Shown: one piece after another, positions 8,359 through 18,915 of the stretch
Numbering within the stretch: the stretch's first letter is position 1
Layout: every line of letters starts with the position of its first letter
NCBI GenBank assembly: GCA_963833985.1
Contig: CAWIAD010000002.1
Span: forward strand, 6,400,001-6,464,000
DNA length: 64,000 nucleotides
Origin: an uncultured Planctomycetaceae bacterium
GTDB taxonomy: Bacteria; Planctomycetota; Planctomycetia; Isosphaerales; Isosphaeraceae
Direction of reading: 5' to 3'
Notes under the pieces: model-generated
The model's database searches: none
The model's input: the letters and a program-made list of their open reading frames with translations, nothing else
Told to the model about the DNA's origin: nothing
Made by a program: the position numbers and the translations under genes

Positions 8359-9600
8359 TCACCGGAGCTGCCTTTCGCATGCGGGCATATTGTTCAGCGC
8401 GAAGGAGAACTTCTCGTCAATTTGCGCGCGGGCGTCGTCGTAGAGCAGGCGCTCGAATTCCTCGATCCGCTCCGGCGACAGGGCGACCCGCGCGGAGTAG
8501 TAGCCAGGGAGGTTGGGCAGGGGCACACGGGTGCGCGCGGTCGGGGTACTTTGCCAGATCTCGGTGCTCCTGAGGAAGAGCTTCAGCCGCGCATCGATGC
8601 GCGTCAGGCGATTCTTCGAGGCCATGTAGTTCCCCTCGTTCTGCTCGCGGAGCTCCAGGCGCAGGCGATAGGGCGCGGCCGACCAGAGGTCCTTCCATGG
8701 CGACTTCTCGGGCTGCGGCAGATAGCCTCTGGCGCGCAGCATTTTGAGGAGCGCAGGCACCATGGTCTTGTTGTACCTGGCAATCGACCCCGCGAGGAAC
8801 TGGCCGCGTGGCGGCTCGACCACGATGCCCTGGCTCTCCACTCCGGCGCGGACGATCCGATCGGCTTCGGCCTGGAGCCGTGAGCGCTCCGACTCATCCA
8901 GGTGCACTGCCAGCGGGGCCGCGCGTTCGCAGTGCTCGAGCGCTTTCGAGGCGTCACCGGCGTGGGCGCACGAACTGGCCTCCGCCAGCGCGGTCTCGAT
9001 GTGGACGCACAGCGACCGGCGGAACTGGTCGGCCACCGGCTGCCGGAGGGGCGTCAAGTCGGGGTCGGCGGCCACGCGGGCCTCGAGGCCGAGCCAGTCA
9101 CCCATGGGGAATGGTGCGCCGGCAGCCGCATGGAGCCGGTCGAGCAGGCTCTGGGCATCCTTCCGGACCAGCGTCTGGCGCCTCGAGCGAAACGCGTCGA
9201 GCTGCTCCGGGTTCGAGCCGCCCGCGGAGGTGCCGAGCTGGATCGCGGTATCCAGGTCAAGCACCGCCTGGCCGAACCGGCCGGCATGCTCGTGCTCGTC
9301 GGCGGACGCCACGAGCCGCTCGATCGAACGCATCAGCCCGAGCCGCGCCTGGTGGCCCACGAACCGGACCGCCGCGGCCGCCAGGATGAGGACTCCGAGC
9401 AATGCCAGGGCGGCCCACGACCAGACGACCCACCAGGGCCGCTGGTAGCGCCTACGTTTCCAGCCTGGCGTGGCCACCCTGGGAAGGTAAGGCACTTCCA
9501 GGAGCCGGTGGCAGAAGCCACAGCGCACCTGCCGGCCCGGTGCCAGCCTCTTGATCTGGACCGTGGTCCCGCAGTCGGGACAGGCAAAGGCCTGGTCCAT
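8359..9600 (-). CDS. Hypothetical membrane-anchored protein with an N-terminal Zn ribbon
   Basis: CPDC...CGFC, one TM helix, helical C-terminal region. Confidence 0.7.
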   Translation of the reverse strand: MDQAFACPDCGTTVQIKRLAPGRQVRCGFCHRLLEVPYLPRVATPGWKRRRYQRPWWVVWSWAALALLGVLILAAAAVRFVGHQARLGLMRSIERLVASADEHEHAGRFGQAVLDLDTAIQLGTSAGGSNPEQLDAFRSRRQTLVRKDAQSLLDRLHAAAGAPFPMGDWLGLEARVAADPDLTPLRQPVADQFRRSLCVHIETALAEASSCAHAGDASKALEHCERAAPLAVHLDESERSRLQAEADRIVRAGVESQGIVVEPPRGQFLAGSIARYNKTMVPALLKMLRARGYLPQPEKSPWKDLWSAAPYRLRLELREQNEGNYMASKNRLTRIDARLKLFLRSTEIWQSTPTARTRVPLPNLPGYYSARVALSPERIEEFERLLYDDARAQIDEKFSFALNNMPACERQLR

Positions 9601-9816
9601 GCGAATTTCCTCGACGACCCTCAAGCGTTTGCCTGGCCTGGATGCGATGGTGGCGGAGTCCCTCGCGGCGCAGTGCCGCGCCGGAACGAATGGAGGCCCG
9701 GGCGACCACGGATGCCGCTGTCGTCATCCATCATACGGGATGAGCCGGCGCAGGGGCAGTCTCGGAGGGAAATCGCAAGGGCCGGAGTCCCCGGTCCAGG
9801 CGCATGGGCCCGGAGC

Positions 9817-10602
9817 TCAGAGGGTGGTCTGGCCCGTGCAATGGTTCATCAGCCAGGTATCCACGTCCCCCAGCATCTGGCTGTTCAGCCGGTGGGTGGA
9901 GGGATACGACTGGAAAGCCACTCTGAGGCCGCCGGCTCGCAGTGCGGCAACGTCCCGCCGGGCGTTCGAGAGCGGATGCCTGGAATTCCAGGCACCATGG
10001 ACGACCAGGAGGGGCAGATCGCGGCAGGCCTTCATGCGGCCGAGGGGGCGGAATCCCGTCGGCAGCCAACCGTTGACGGCCACGACGCCGGCGAAACGAT
10101 CGGGATAGCTCAATCCGAAGCGGTAAGCCACCGCGGCACCTTCGCCGCAGCCCACGAGGAAGATTCGCTCCGAGTGGATATGGAGCAAGCTGCGGGTTTT
10201 GCGGATTGCCGTGAAGATACCGTCTTCCAGGCGATCGAGGTCGTCAGGCTCGGGGTCGAACAAGCAACGACGAACGGTCTCGGCCTCGGAAGGGCGCGGC
10301 CGCGATCTCAGACCGGTGCGATCCGGCAGCTCGAAGTCGCGTCCCCAGGTGAAGCCGGCCAGCTGGTCTCGCCGGGTGACCGGGGCGGGCCCCCGCAGGC
10401 CCAGGCCGACGTAATTGCGCCAGCTCAGGGCAGGCATCGCCCGTACGAGCTGATCCTCGTCTCCCCCCCGTGCGTGCAGCAGCACGAGCAAGGGGTACGC
10501 GTAGTTTGGCTCGTACTGCCGCGGGATGAACCGGGCTTCCACCAGCACGCTGGTTGGGGCCGACGTCGAGGACAGAGGAGCATTCACCCGATCATTGGTC
10601 AT
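9817..10602 (-). CDS. Phospholipase/carboxylesterase-like alpha/beta hydrolase with an atypical nucleophile elbow
   Basis: PLLVLLHARGGDE, RIFLVGCGEGAAVA, PDRFAGVVAVNG, LVVHGAWN. Confidence 0.8.
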   Translation of the reverse strand: MTNDRVNAPLSSTSAPTSVLVEARFIPRQYEPNYAYPLLVLLHARGGDEDQLVRAMPALSWRNYVGLGLRGPAPVTRRDQLAGFTWGRDFELPDRTGLRSRPRPSEAETVRRCLFDPEPDDLDRLEDGIFTAIRKTRSLLHIHSERIFLVGCGEGAAVAYRFGLSYPDRFAGVVAVNGWLPTGFRPLGRMKACRDLPLLVVHGAWNSRHPLSNARRDVAALRAGGLRVAFQSYPSTHRLNSQMLGDVDTWLMNHCTGQTTL

Positions 10603-10921
10603 TCCTGAAGACCTCCCTTGTCGACGCTTCGGGGGGCGGTCGCGTCTCAACGGTGCTGGGGACAAGCAGGGTTCGTGAAATTGCTCATCTTGCCATGACG
10701 GGTGTGACCGGACTCGCAAAGCATAGCCACGATCTTGCCACCCTTCAATAAACCGCCCAGTTATTTCCAATTTTGTCTCAAGTTTCCTCGAATGCGATCC
10801 GAATAGTCTCCGAATTCCCGAAAGCTGCTTGGGTTATGTGGGTTGGTTGCGATCCGGAAGATAGGAGAGGCGGGCTAACGGCGGACTCCAGGGGCTGGAG
10901 GCTTTTCTCCGGCACGGGCCG

Positions 10922-12472
10922 TCAGATGTACTTCTTGATGAGGCTGTTCACCCGCGTGGGGAAGACACTCAGATTGTGGACCAGGCCGCTTGGTTTGGGC
11001 GGTGGTCTGCGGAAGAGCAGCTTGCTGCCCGTTGAGCTGGACTTCATGATAGGCTTTCGCGCTCCCTTGGCCACGACGGGGGCCTGCACGGGGAGAAGCT
11101 GTCCTGGAGCCGGCAAGTTGGGCACGAAGCTGGCGCCGTCGGTGCCGAGCAGCTTCAAGGTGACCGGTCCGGAGACGGCGACGTTGTTGTTCTTGAAGGT
11201 CTCGCTGAGCAGGTTCAGAGGGTCCGCGATCGCGGCGATCCGGGCGGTACCCAGGCTGCTCAGCGTGAGGTTGGCGGGCAGGCGAAGCGGCAAGGTTTCC
11301 GTCTGGCTTACCACTGTGGCCGACCCCGGATCCAGACCCGGAAGCGTCACATCACCAAGATAAATTGCATGGGTGATGTCGCCGCTTGCACCGGTAAGCA
11401 CAAAGCGGACGTCGAACGGGCCGGGATTGATGTCTCCCAGGTTCTGGACGACGGCCTGGGCGGTGAAGCTGTGGCCCCAGTTGAGGATGGATGCAGAGGT
11501 CGTCACGGCGCCGGTGGCCAGGTCGGAGAGAGGTCCCAGCGAAGGAGGGGTGGTGCCTGCCGGGACCGTGATGTTCACGGCCTGCTGGTCGACTCCATTC
11601 TGGCCGCTTGGGTAATGGGGATAGACGGGGTTGGTCGTGTAGTTCACGTCCGGTTCAACCCAGAGGGTGAACTGGCTGTCGTTCGCAATCAGTGACGGCG
11701 GGGTCACCGGCAGGTTCACGGTCTTCTCGACGTTGACGCTCGACCAGGCGGGGATTGGCGGCACATTGATGCTGCCGATGACCACGTCCGACCCGGTGTT
11801 CGGCGTCACGCCCGCGGGGGTGAGCACGATGGCCTCGGTCGTGGCGGGGGCAGCGCCGTAGGCCTGGTTGTTGACCTGGGCGGTCACGGTCAAAGAGCCG
11901 CCCCACTGGGCCGAGGCCGAATAAACGCCGATCGCGGTATTGACCAGGTTGGCAGGCTGCGCAGGAGCGATCTGCACGGCCGATTCATCGTAACCCGGGC
12001 CAAGGCCGGACTGGTTGAGATGGTTGCTCTCCGGAACCACGTGCTGAGGATCAATCTTCATGTTGATGTGGACCTGGCCGTTGAAGTTCATACCGGGCAA
12101 CGGCGAGGAGGGAAGCTTGACGGTGGTGGTGAATGAGGTCGACTGGCCGGGTGCCAGGCCGCCGGGGATGGTGACCTGGCCAAGCAATACGGAGTAGGGA
12201 CCGATGGTGTAGCTATGCGAGGCGTAAATTGCCACGTTGAACGATGTCTTCACCGCTGCGTTGCCCTGGTTGGTGACGGTGCCGGTGGCCGTGATCGGCT
12301 GGTTCCAGTCGGCATTCGGGGTGGTCACGAAGGACGAGCCAACCAGGTTGGGCAAGGGCACGCTACTGGCGGCCAGGAGCTCACGCCGCTCCAGCGACTC
12401 GAACTTCAGAATGATGGGGCCCCGCCCCCAGGCGCGACGGCGTCCGGCAGCCCTACGGTCCTGGGATGACAT
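10922..12472 (-). CDS. Extracellular CARDB-like repeat protein with a planctomycete leader
   Basis: ESLERRELLA leader; three Ig-like units (VTNQGN...VPESN; VQNLG...SETFKNNN). Confidence 0.75.
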   Translation of the reverse strand: MSSQDRRAAGRRRAWGRGPIILKFESLERRELLAASSVPLPNLVGSSFVTTPNADWNQPITATGTVTNQGNAAVKTSFNVAIYASHSYTIGPYSVLLGQVTIPGGLAPGQSTSFTTTVKLPSSPLPGMNFNGQVHINMKIDPQHVVPESNHLNQSGLGPGYDESAVQIAPAQPANLVNTAIGVYSASAQWGGSLTVTAQVNNQAYGAAPATTEAIVLTPAGVTPNTGSDVVIGSINVPPIPAWSSVNVEKTVNLPVTPPSLIANDSQFTLWVEPDVNYTTNPVYPHYPSGQNGVDQQAVNITVPAGTTPPSLGPLSDLATGAVTTSASILNWGHSFTAQAVVQNLGDINPGPFDVRFVLTGASGDITHAIYLGDVTLPGLDPGSATVVSQTETLPLRLPANLTLSSLGTARIAAIADPLNLLSETFKNNNVAVSGPVTLKLLGTDGASFVPNLPAPGQLLPVQAPVVAKGARKPIMKSSSTGSKLLFRRPPPKPSGLVHNLSVFPTRVNSLIKKYI

Positions 12473-12736
12473 GGGTTTCTCCTCCTTGAGAACGGAAATC
12501 GCACGGGCGGAGCCAGCAGATAGGTCTTTCGAGCGCGGCGCAGTGCTTGCGGCCGGCTCGCTCGTCCCGTGCGTCGAGCGTGTGTCGGGATCAACCCCTT
12601 CCTTGGGCGATGGGGAAATCTACAGGCTTGCTCCAAAACGGTCAAGCCGGCTCGAGAGCGAATCTCCCCCTGGCCGGCAGGTTGCGGCCGCGCGGCGCTC
12701 ACCCAGGATTGCCTGATCCCCTGTGCCACGGCCGGG

Positions 12737-14808
12737 TCAACCCGGTGGCGGCAAGACATCCAGCAGCGAGTACTCTGCCGATTCGCCGGGCCCGCTGTTT
12801 TCCTGATCGCCCCGCGCGGCACGCTCGATGGCCATGTAGACCGATTGGCCCAGTCCGCGCTGGCACACCTCGTAGACATCGTAGCGGCAGGCGAACAGGC
12901 TCTGGACGATGTCGCTGTCCCACTGGCTGCCGGCCCCAGCCGCGAAGATGTCCTCGATCCGCGGCTGCGAGAGACCGGGGCGATACCGCCGGTGCGACAT
13001 CATCGCATCGCAGGCGTCCGCCACGGTGAGGATCCTTGCCATCAGCGGGATGGCGCCGCCGGCCAGCCCGTCCGGGTAACCTGTGCCGTCGATGCGCTCG
13101 TGGTGGCTGCGGACTCCCGGGCGGAGGTACGCCAGGCGCGGAACACTGGCAATGATGCGCTCGCCGATCACCACATGTTCCTGGATATGGCGGAACTCCT
13201 CGGGGGTCAGGCTTGCCGGTTTCAGGAGCACCTGGTCCCGGATGCCGATCTTGCCCACGTCGTGCAGGAGCCCGGCGAGGTAGAGGTCGCTGATCTCGCC
13301 GCCGGAGAGGCACATCTCTTTCCCGAGGCGTACCGCGATGCGGGCCACGCGCTCGCTGTGGCCGCAGGTGTAAGGGTCTTTGGCGTCGATCGCCGTGGAC
13401 AGGCAGCGGATCGTGCCGAAGAGCGTTTCCTTGAGGTTGTCGTGGACCTTCGCGTGGCGCTTCTTCTCGATGTGCAGGCACCAGAGCATCTGGGCGAGGC
13501 GCAGGTCGGAGACGACGAACGGGCTGCTCTCGCCGAGGCGGAGGGCCACCACCCGGCTCGACTTCGGGTCCTCGGTTTGAAGTGCCAGCGCCGAGGCCAG
13601 AACAACTTCGCCCGCTGAAGATTGGGGCGTACCGGCATGGCTCTTCCAGATCCCGCCTCCGGGAAGCTCCGCCGCCAGTTGCTGGACGACCTGGCGGAGC
13701 CACAAGTGAGGCTGCGGGTTGTCGCCCACGGTCTCGACCACCTCGCCGTCCGGATCGGCGCAGGCGAAGACGATGTCGGCCTGCACAGCCTCCTGGATGG
13801 CCACCAGCGCAGCCCGATAACTGGCCGGGACCTTGCGGCTGTCGCGGATCATGCCGAAGGAGCGATTCAGCGGTTGCTGGCACGCGGCCTCGACCGGCTG
13901 CCAGCCTCGGGAGCGTGGGCCGCCCTCGGAGGCGACAGCCGACCCACCGCCGCCTGCCTGCCTGCTGGGGACCGCGCCGAAGCAAGCTGCCGAGGCCGAT
14001 TCTTCAGTGCCACCGGGCCCGGTCGCGTGTTCTCCAGAGGAGCCTGCCGGGAACGCCCTCGAGACGGATTCGGCCTCGTGGTGATGAGTCACGCGATTGC
14101 GGCCCTGGCTCTTTGACATGTACAGGGCCCGGTCGGCCTGCCTGAGCAGGGCGTCTGGGTCCTCGGTCCCAGGATCGAGGGTCGCCACGCCAAAACTTGC
14201 CGTCACCCCAGCATGCTGCCAGGGGTATGATGCGATGGCTTTCCTCAAGGTCTCGGCATGCGCCAGTGCCTGGGCGCGTCGGCGGTCGGCAGCAGCACCG
14301 CGAATTCTTCGCCGCCGATCCGCGCTGCAACATCATAGGTTGTGCAATTCTTGACAAGCTGTTCGGACACGCCGCAAAGAACCGCATCGCCGGCCGGGTG
14401 TCCGTAGCTGTCGTTGTACCCCTTGAATCGGTCCACGTCGAGCATGATGACCGAGAGGGTCGAGCCCTGGCGGATGGCCAGTGAGAAGTTCGCCCGCAGC
14501 GCCTCGTCAAACCGCCGCCGGTTGTCCAGCCCTGTGAGCATGTCGGTCGAGGCAAGTTCGTTGAGTCGAGCGATCGTGTCAGTCAGGTCCACCTGGAGCC
14601 GGGTCAGCTCGCTGATGCGCTCGTGCGCCCGGGCGAGTTCCTGGACCAGGTGCTCACGCTCGGGATCCGCGTGCACAACCGCGGAGCGTTCCGAGTCCTT
14701 GCCCGAGCCCCGGCTCCAGTTGATTGTCGGTGAGCTGCAAGCGGCAGCCTCCGCGGGTTGCTCCGGAACCATCCGGTGCCTGATCCAGCTGAGCGGCATC
14801 CTCGTCAT
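12737..14808 (-). CDS. Diguanylate cyclase (GGDEF) / HD-GYP phosphodiesterase hybrid (frameshift near 14260)
   Basis: DMLTGLDNRR, DVDRFKGYNDSYGH, RIGGEEF; then LLRQADRALY, HSERVA, LHDVGKIGI, HHERIDGTGYP. Confidence 0.88.
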
Positions 14809-14945
14809 CCTCCCCTGCCGAGCGGACCGTTTAGTCCAAAGAAACATAGCTCTCGCCGAGGCGGTTGAGCGATCCGCAGCCTGTGTCTTTGATGCAATAC
14901 CGTTGAAAAAGCGTGCAGGAAAAGGCGCAAGAGGCTTGCGGCAAA

Positions 14946-15075
14946 CTTGTTCCCACGCTCTGCGTGGGGACACCGGTCGGGACGCTCGGCGTTGCCTGGA
15001 TTTCCCAGCCTCAGCACGGGACCAATCGACGCGGAGCGTCGCAGACGGCATTCCCACGCGGAGCGTGGGAACGAG
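14946..15075. repeat. REP doublet (REPIN-like), TTCCCACGCTCYGCGTGGG family
   Basis: CTTGTTCCCACGCTCTGCGTGGG...GACGCGGAGCGTC...TTCCCACGCGGAGCGTGGGAACGAG; inverted arms, each self-palindromic. Confidence 0.85.
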
Positions 15076-15524
15076 GGACAAACCTATGCCTGCACTCAGC
15101 TTATCGCTATTTCAATATTTCAACGGTATTGGCCTTTGAAGCTTTCGATGCGGGCCAGTGCGGGATCGAGGAGAGAACGATGTCGAGTTTCCGGCCCCTT
15201 TGAGAATCGTTGTCGGTCCGGTCCGATGCGGCGAATGCGGAACAGAAAGGTGCATGGGGACAACAACCATCGTTGGATGATCTCGCAGGTGCTCATTCCA
15301 CCGCATCTCTCCCGACTGGAACTTAGAGTGCTCATGGGGACATTCGCGCAACCTCTCGGGGATGTGGAAGCGATGGTCCCGGCCGCAGTATACGATCCAC
15401 CGGATTCCGAACTCCATGTCGAGAACTCCGACGAGCGACCGCGCCACTGACCTGGGGTGGCATCGCGGCACCGCCCGAGCGTGGAGCGTTCCAGATCGAT
15501 TGCCAGGGGAAAGCGTCGATTCAC

Positions 15525-18500
15525 ATGGCGAGTCGCGACTGGATCAGGCCCGGTTCCTCGCTGAGTCTCCTGAGAGCGACCGGATCATCGGACGACTCGT
15601 TGACTGGTGATCTGATCCACGACTTCGAAGTCGGCGGCTCGAGCTGGTCGCGTGCCGCCCAGGTGGCGCGCGCCGAAGCCGGTCGTGGTCGGGAGCCGGC
15701 CGACCAGGCGCAGCGCACGAGTCACAGCCTATCGTCTGTGTCGCGATCCATTCCGGGCTTCGCGAACGGCCGGCGACCCAAGCCGGAAGTTCCCGGCTAT
15801 GAGATCCTCGGCGAGCTCGGACGCGGTGGGATGGGCGTGGTCTACCAGGCGCGTGAGGTCCGGCTCAACCGCCTGGTGGCGCTGAAGATGATCTTGACCG
15901 GCGAGCACGCCAATCACGAGGCCCTCGAGCGCCTGTTGAGCGAGGCCAAGACGATGGCCCAGCTCCACCATCCCAACATCGTGCAGATTTACGCGACCGG
16001 AGACTGTTGCGGGCAACCGTTCGTGGAGCTGGAATTCGTCGAGGGTGGCAGCCTGGCATCGCGGCTGGACGGAACGCCCTGGCCTCCTCGGGCGGCCGCG
16101 CGGCTGGTGGAGCGGGTGGCGCGGGGAGTGTCCGAGGCGCACCGGCTGGGTATCGTCCATCGCGATCTCAAGCCGGCCAACATCCTGGTGACGCCCGCGG
16201 GCGAGCCCAAGATCTCCGACTTCGGGCTGGCCAAGACGTTGACGAACGAATCCGGATTGACGCGCACCCAGGCTATCATGGGCTCGCCCAGCTACATGGC
16301 TCCGGAGCAGGCCGAGGGGCACACCCGGGAAGTCGGACACGGGTGCGATATCTACGCCCTGGGCGCGACCCTGTACGAGCTGGTGATTGGCCGGCCTCCG
16401 TTCGTCGGTCTGACTCCCCTGGCCACGCTGGATCTGGTGCGTCATAGCGAGCCGGTACCGCCCCGGCGGCTGCGCCATACGTTACCACTGGACATCGATA
16501 CCATCTGCCTGAAGTGTCTGGAGAAGGACCCGCGGCGGCGCTACGGCTCCGCCGAGGCGCTGGCCGATGACCTGGCGGCGTTCCTCAACCACGAGCCGAT
16601 CCGGGTGCGCCGCCCGCCCCCGTGGGAGCGGTCGCTCAAGTGGGTGCGCCGCCGGCCTTCGCTCGCCGCCCTGGTTCTTGTCTCGATCCTCGCAGGCTTC
16701 ATCTGCACCGCGGCCATCTGGGGCCATGCCGCCGAGGTTGCGCGTCAGCACAGGCAGGCCCGCCTCCACGACCGGGCGCTCTGCGCCGAGATCGAGCAGT
16801 TCATCGGGCACGGGTGCGCGGCCGTCGCCGGCAGCGACTGGGAGGCGGCCAGGACGCATTTCAGCAGCGCGCTGGCCCTGATCCGCTCGGAGCCCGGGCT
16901 CGGTACGATTCGCGCCACGGTCGAAAGTCTGCTGGCGGCCAGTGAACGGAACATCGCCGAACGCAAGGGCCGCGAGCTCTCGCGTGGCCGGCTCGCCAGG
17001 TTCCAGCAGCTCCTGGATGAGGCGATCTTCTGCGCGTCCGACTTCACGGGCATGGCGCCCGAGACGAAGCTGCGGGCAGGCCGGGCCGCGGCCCGTGCCG
17101 CGCTGGAGCAGTTCGGGCTCAGGCCTGGCGGCCCGGATCGGCTTGCGCTGCAACTGGACCCGAAGCACTTCAGCGTCCAGGAACACGGCGCATCGCTGAT
17201 AGCTGCTATGTTCTGACCCTGTTGCTGGCGGACGCCGAGTCGCAACCGCTCGGTGATGAAAACGCCAGCGTGCAGCTTCGCAAGGCCCTGAGTCTGATCG
17301 CGGGGATGGAGACGATCCGCCCGTTGACTCCGGCCTATCATCACCTGCGCGCCGGTTACCTGGAACGGCTGGGTGAGCACGCGGCCGCCCGGGAACAGGA
17401 CGCGCTCGCCGCGCGGACGTCGGCATCCGCGTCATCGATCGACGAGTTCCTGGCGGGCGAGCAAGCCTATCGCCAGGGCGACCTGCCGGCCGCCATCGCC
17501 GCGCTGCAACGCGCCCTCTCGCTGGAGCCTGACCATTTCTGGGCGCTCTACTTGCTGGCCGTATGCCACCTCAAGCGCACCACCCCGGTGAAGCACAGGC
17601 CGCACTGGTGGCCTGCCAGAGCCGCCGGCCAAAGTTCGTCTGGACTTACCTGCTGCGCGGCTTTGCCGAGGGCGAAATGCACCAGTTCGAGCTTGCTGAA
17701 ACCGATTTCGATCACGCTCTGGAGCTGGGCCTGAACGACGATGAGCGGTACGTGCTGCTGGTCAACCGCGGTGTGTTACGCGTCCGTCGTGGCCTGGACG
17801 TTCAGGCCATCGAAGACCTGTCCGCGGCGATCGCGCTGAGGCCCGATCACTTCGAGGCCTACCTCAACCGTTCCCAGGCGTACATGGACCTGAAGCGGCC
17901 GGAAGACGCGCTGGCGTCGCTGGCCCAGGCAATGGAACGTGCCCCGAACCAGCCGGTGCTCTCTCGGCGCGGCGCAGATTGAGCGGACACTGGCACGCAC
18001 TGACGCGGCGCTGCTGGATCTGGCCCGAGCCATCGAGTGCTCCGGCGGCGCGACCCCGCCGTGGCCGCTGACCATGTGGAACGTGCACTCATCTACCAGC
18101 AGGCCGGGAAGTTCCAGCAGGCGCTGGAGGCTTGCGACCTGGCCATCCGCCTGGCGCCGGATCGGTCCGACGCCCACCGGCTGAGGGGAATTGCACTGCT
18201 CGGTCTGAAACGCTATGACGAGGCCGTGCGGGCGCTCGATACGAGCCTCGGCAAGGGTGCGGCGCCGCAGGCGATCCACGAGATTCGCGGGCTGGCGCAT
18301 TCCTGGTCCGGCGCCTATGATCGGGCCATCAGCGATTACACCCTGGGGCTCTCGAAGGGGCGGCCCAGCTCGTCGCTGTACGGGAACCGGGGCTGGGCGT
18401 ACCTCATGGCCGGTGCGCCGGGGCCTGCCATCCGGGACTTCAACGAAGCCCTGCGCCTGGATGCAGAGAATGCCCATGCCCTGGGCGGCCGGGCCCTGGC

Positions 18501-18915
18501 CGGCGTGCAGCAGCGCAGGGCTCATGAGGCCGTGGCCGACACCCGCAGTGCCGTTCGCTTGAGCCCGCGCGACGAGCGGCAGCTCTACAACGCGGCGCGG
18601 GTGCTGTGCCAGGCGGCCGTCTGCCTGGAGACCGATCCCGTTCACGTTCGAGGCGCTTGGGCCGCCGCCGACCGTTGCCGGGCTGAGTGTCTGGACTATC
18701 TGGCGCGTGCCACCGAGCTTCATCCGGAAGCCGGTCGCGCGCGGTTCTGGGACGAGGTCGTCCGTGCGGACGCGGCGCTCGCGCCGGTGCGAAAGTCGCA
18801 CAAGTTCCTGGAGATGGAAGCGCGCACGGCCCGCCTGCCGCGGTCCTCGCTTTCCGAGAAAGAGAATCGCCATGATGCTTCGGTCGCCGCGCACGGGTTC
18901 AGCGCGGGCCATTGA
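15525..18915 (+). CDS. Ser/Thr protein kinase with a TM helix and TPR repeats (frameshifts near 17190, 17578 and 17965-18040)
   Basis: LGRGGMGVVY, VALKM, HRDLKPAN, DFG, SPSYMAPE; TPR segments continue across successive frames. Confidence 0.88.

Noticed and set aside
8902..10608. Long alternative ORFs (also 19523-21010, 26849-28480, 27706-29700, 38427-39779, 58395-60182)
   Set aside because: Shadow frames of real genes in high-GC DNA, with no recognisable motifs.
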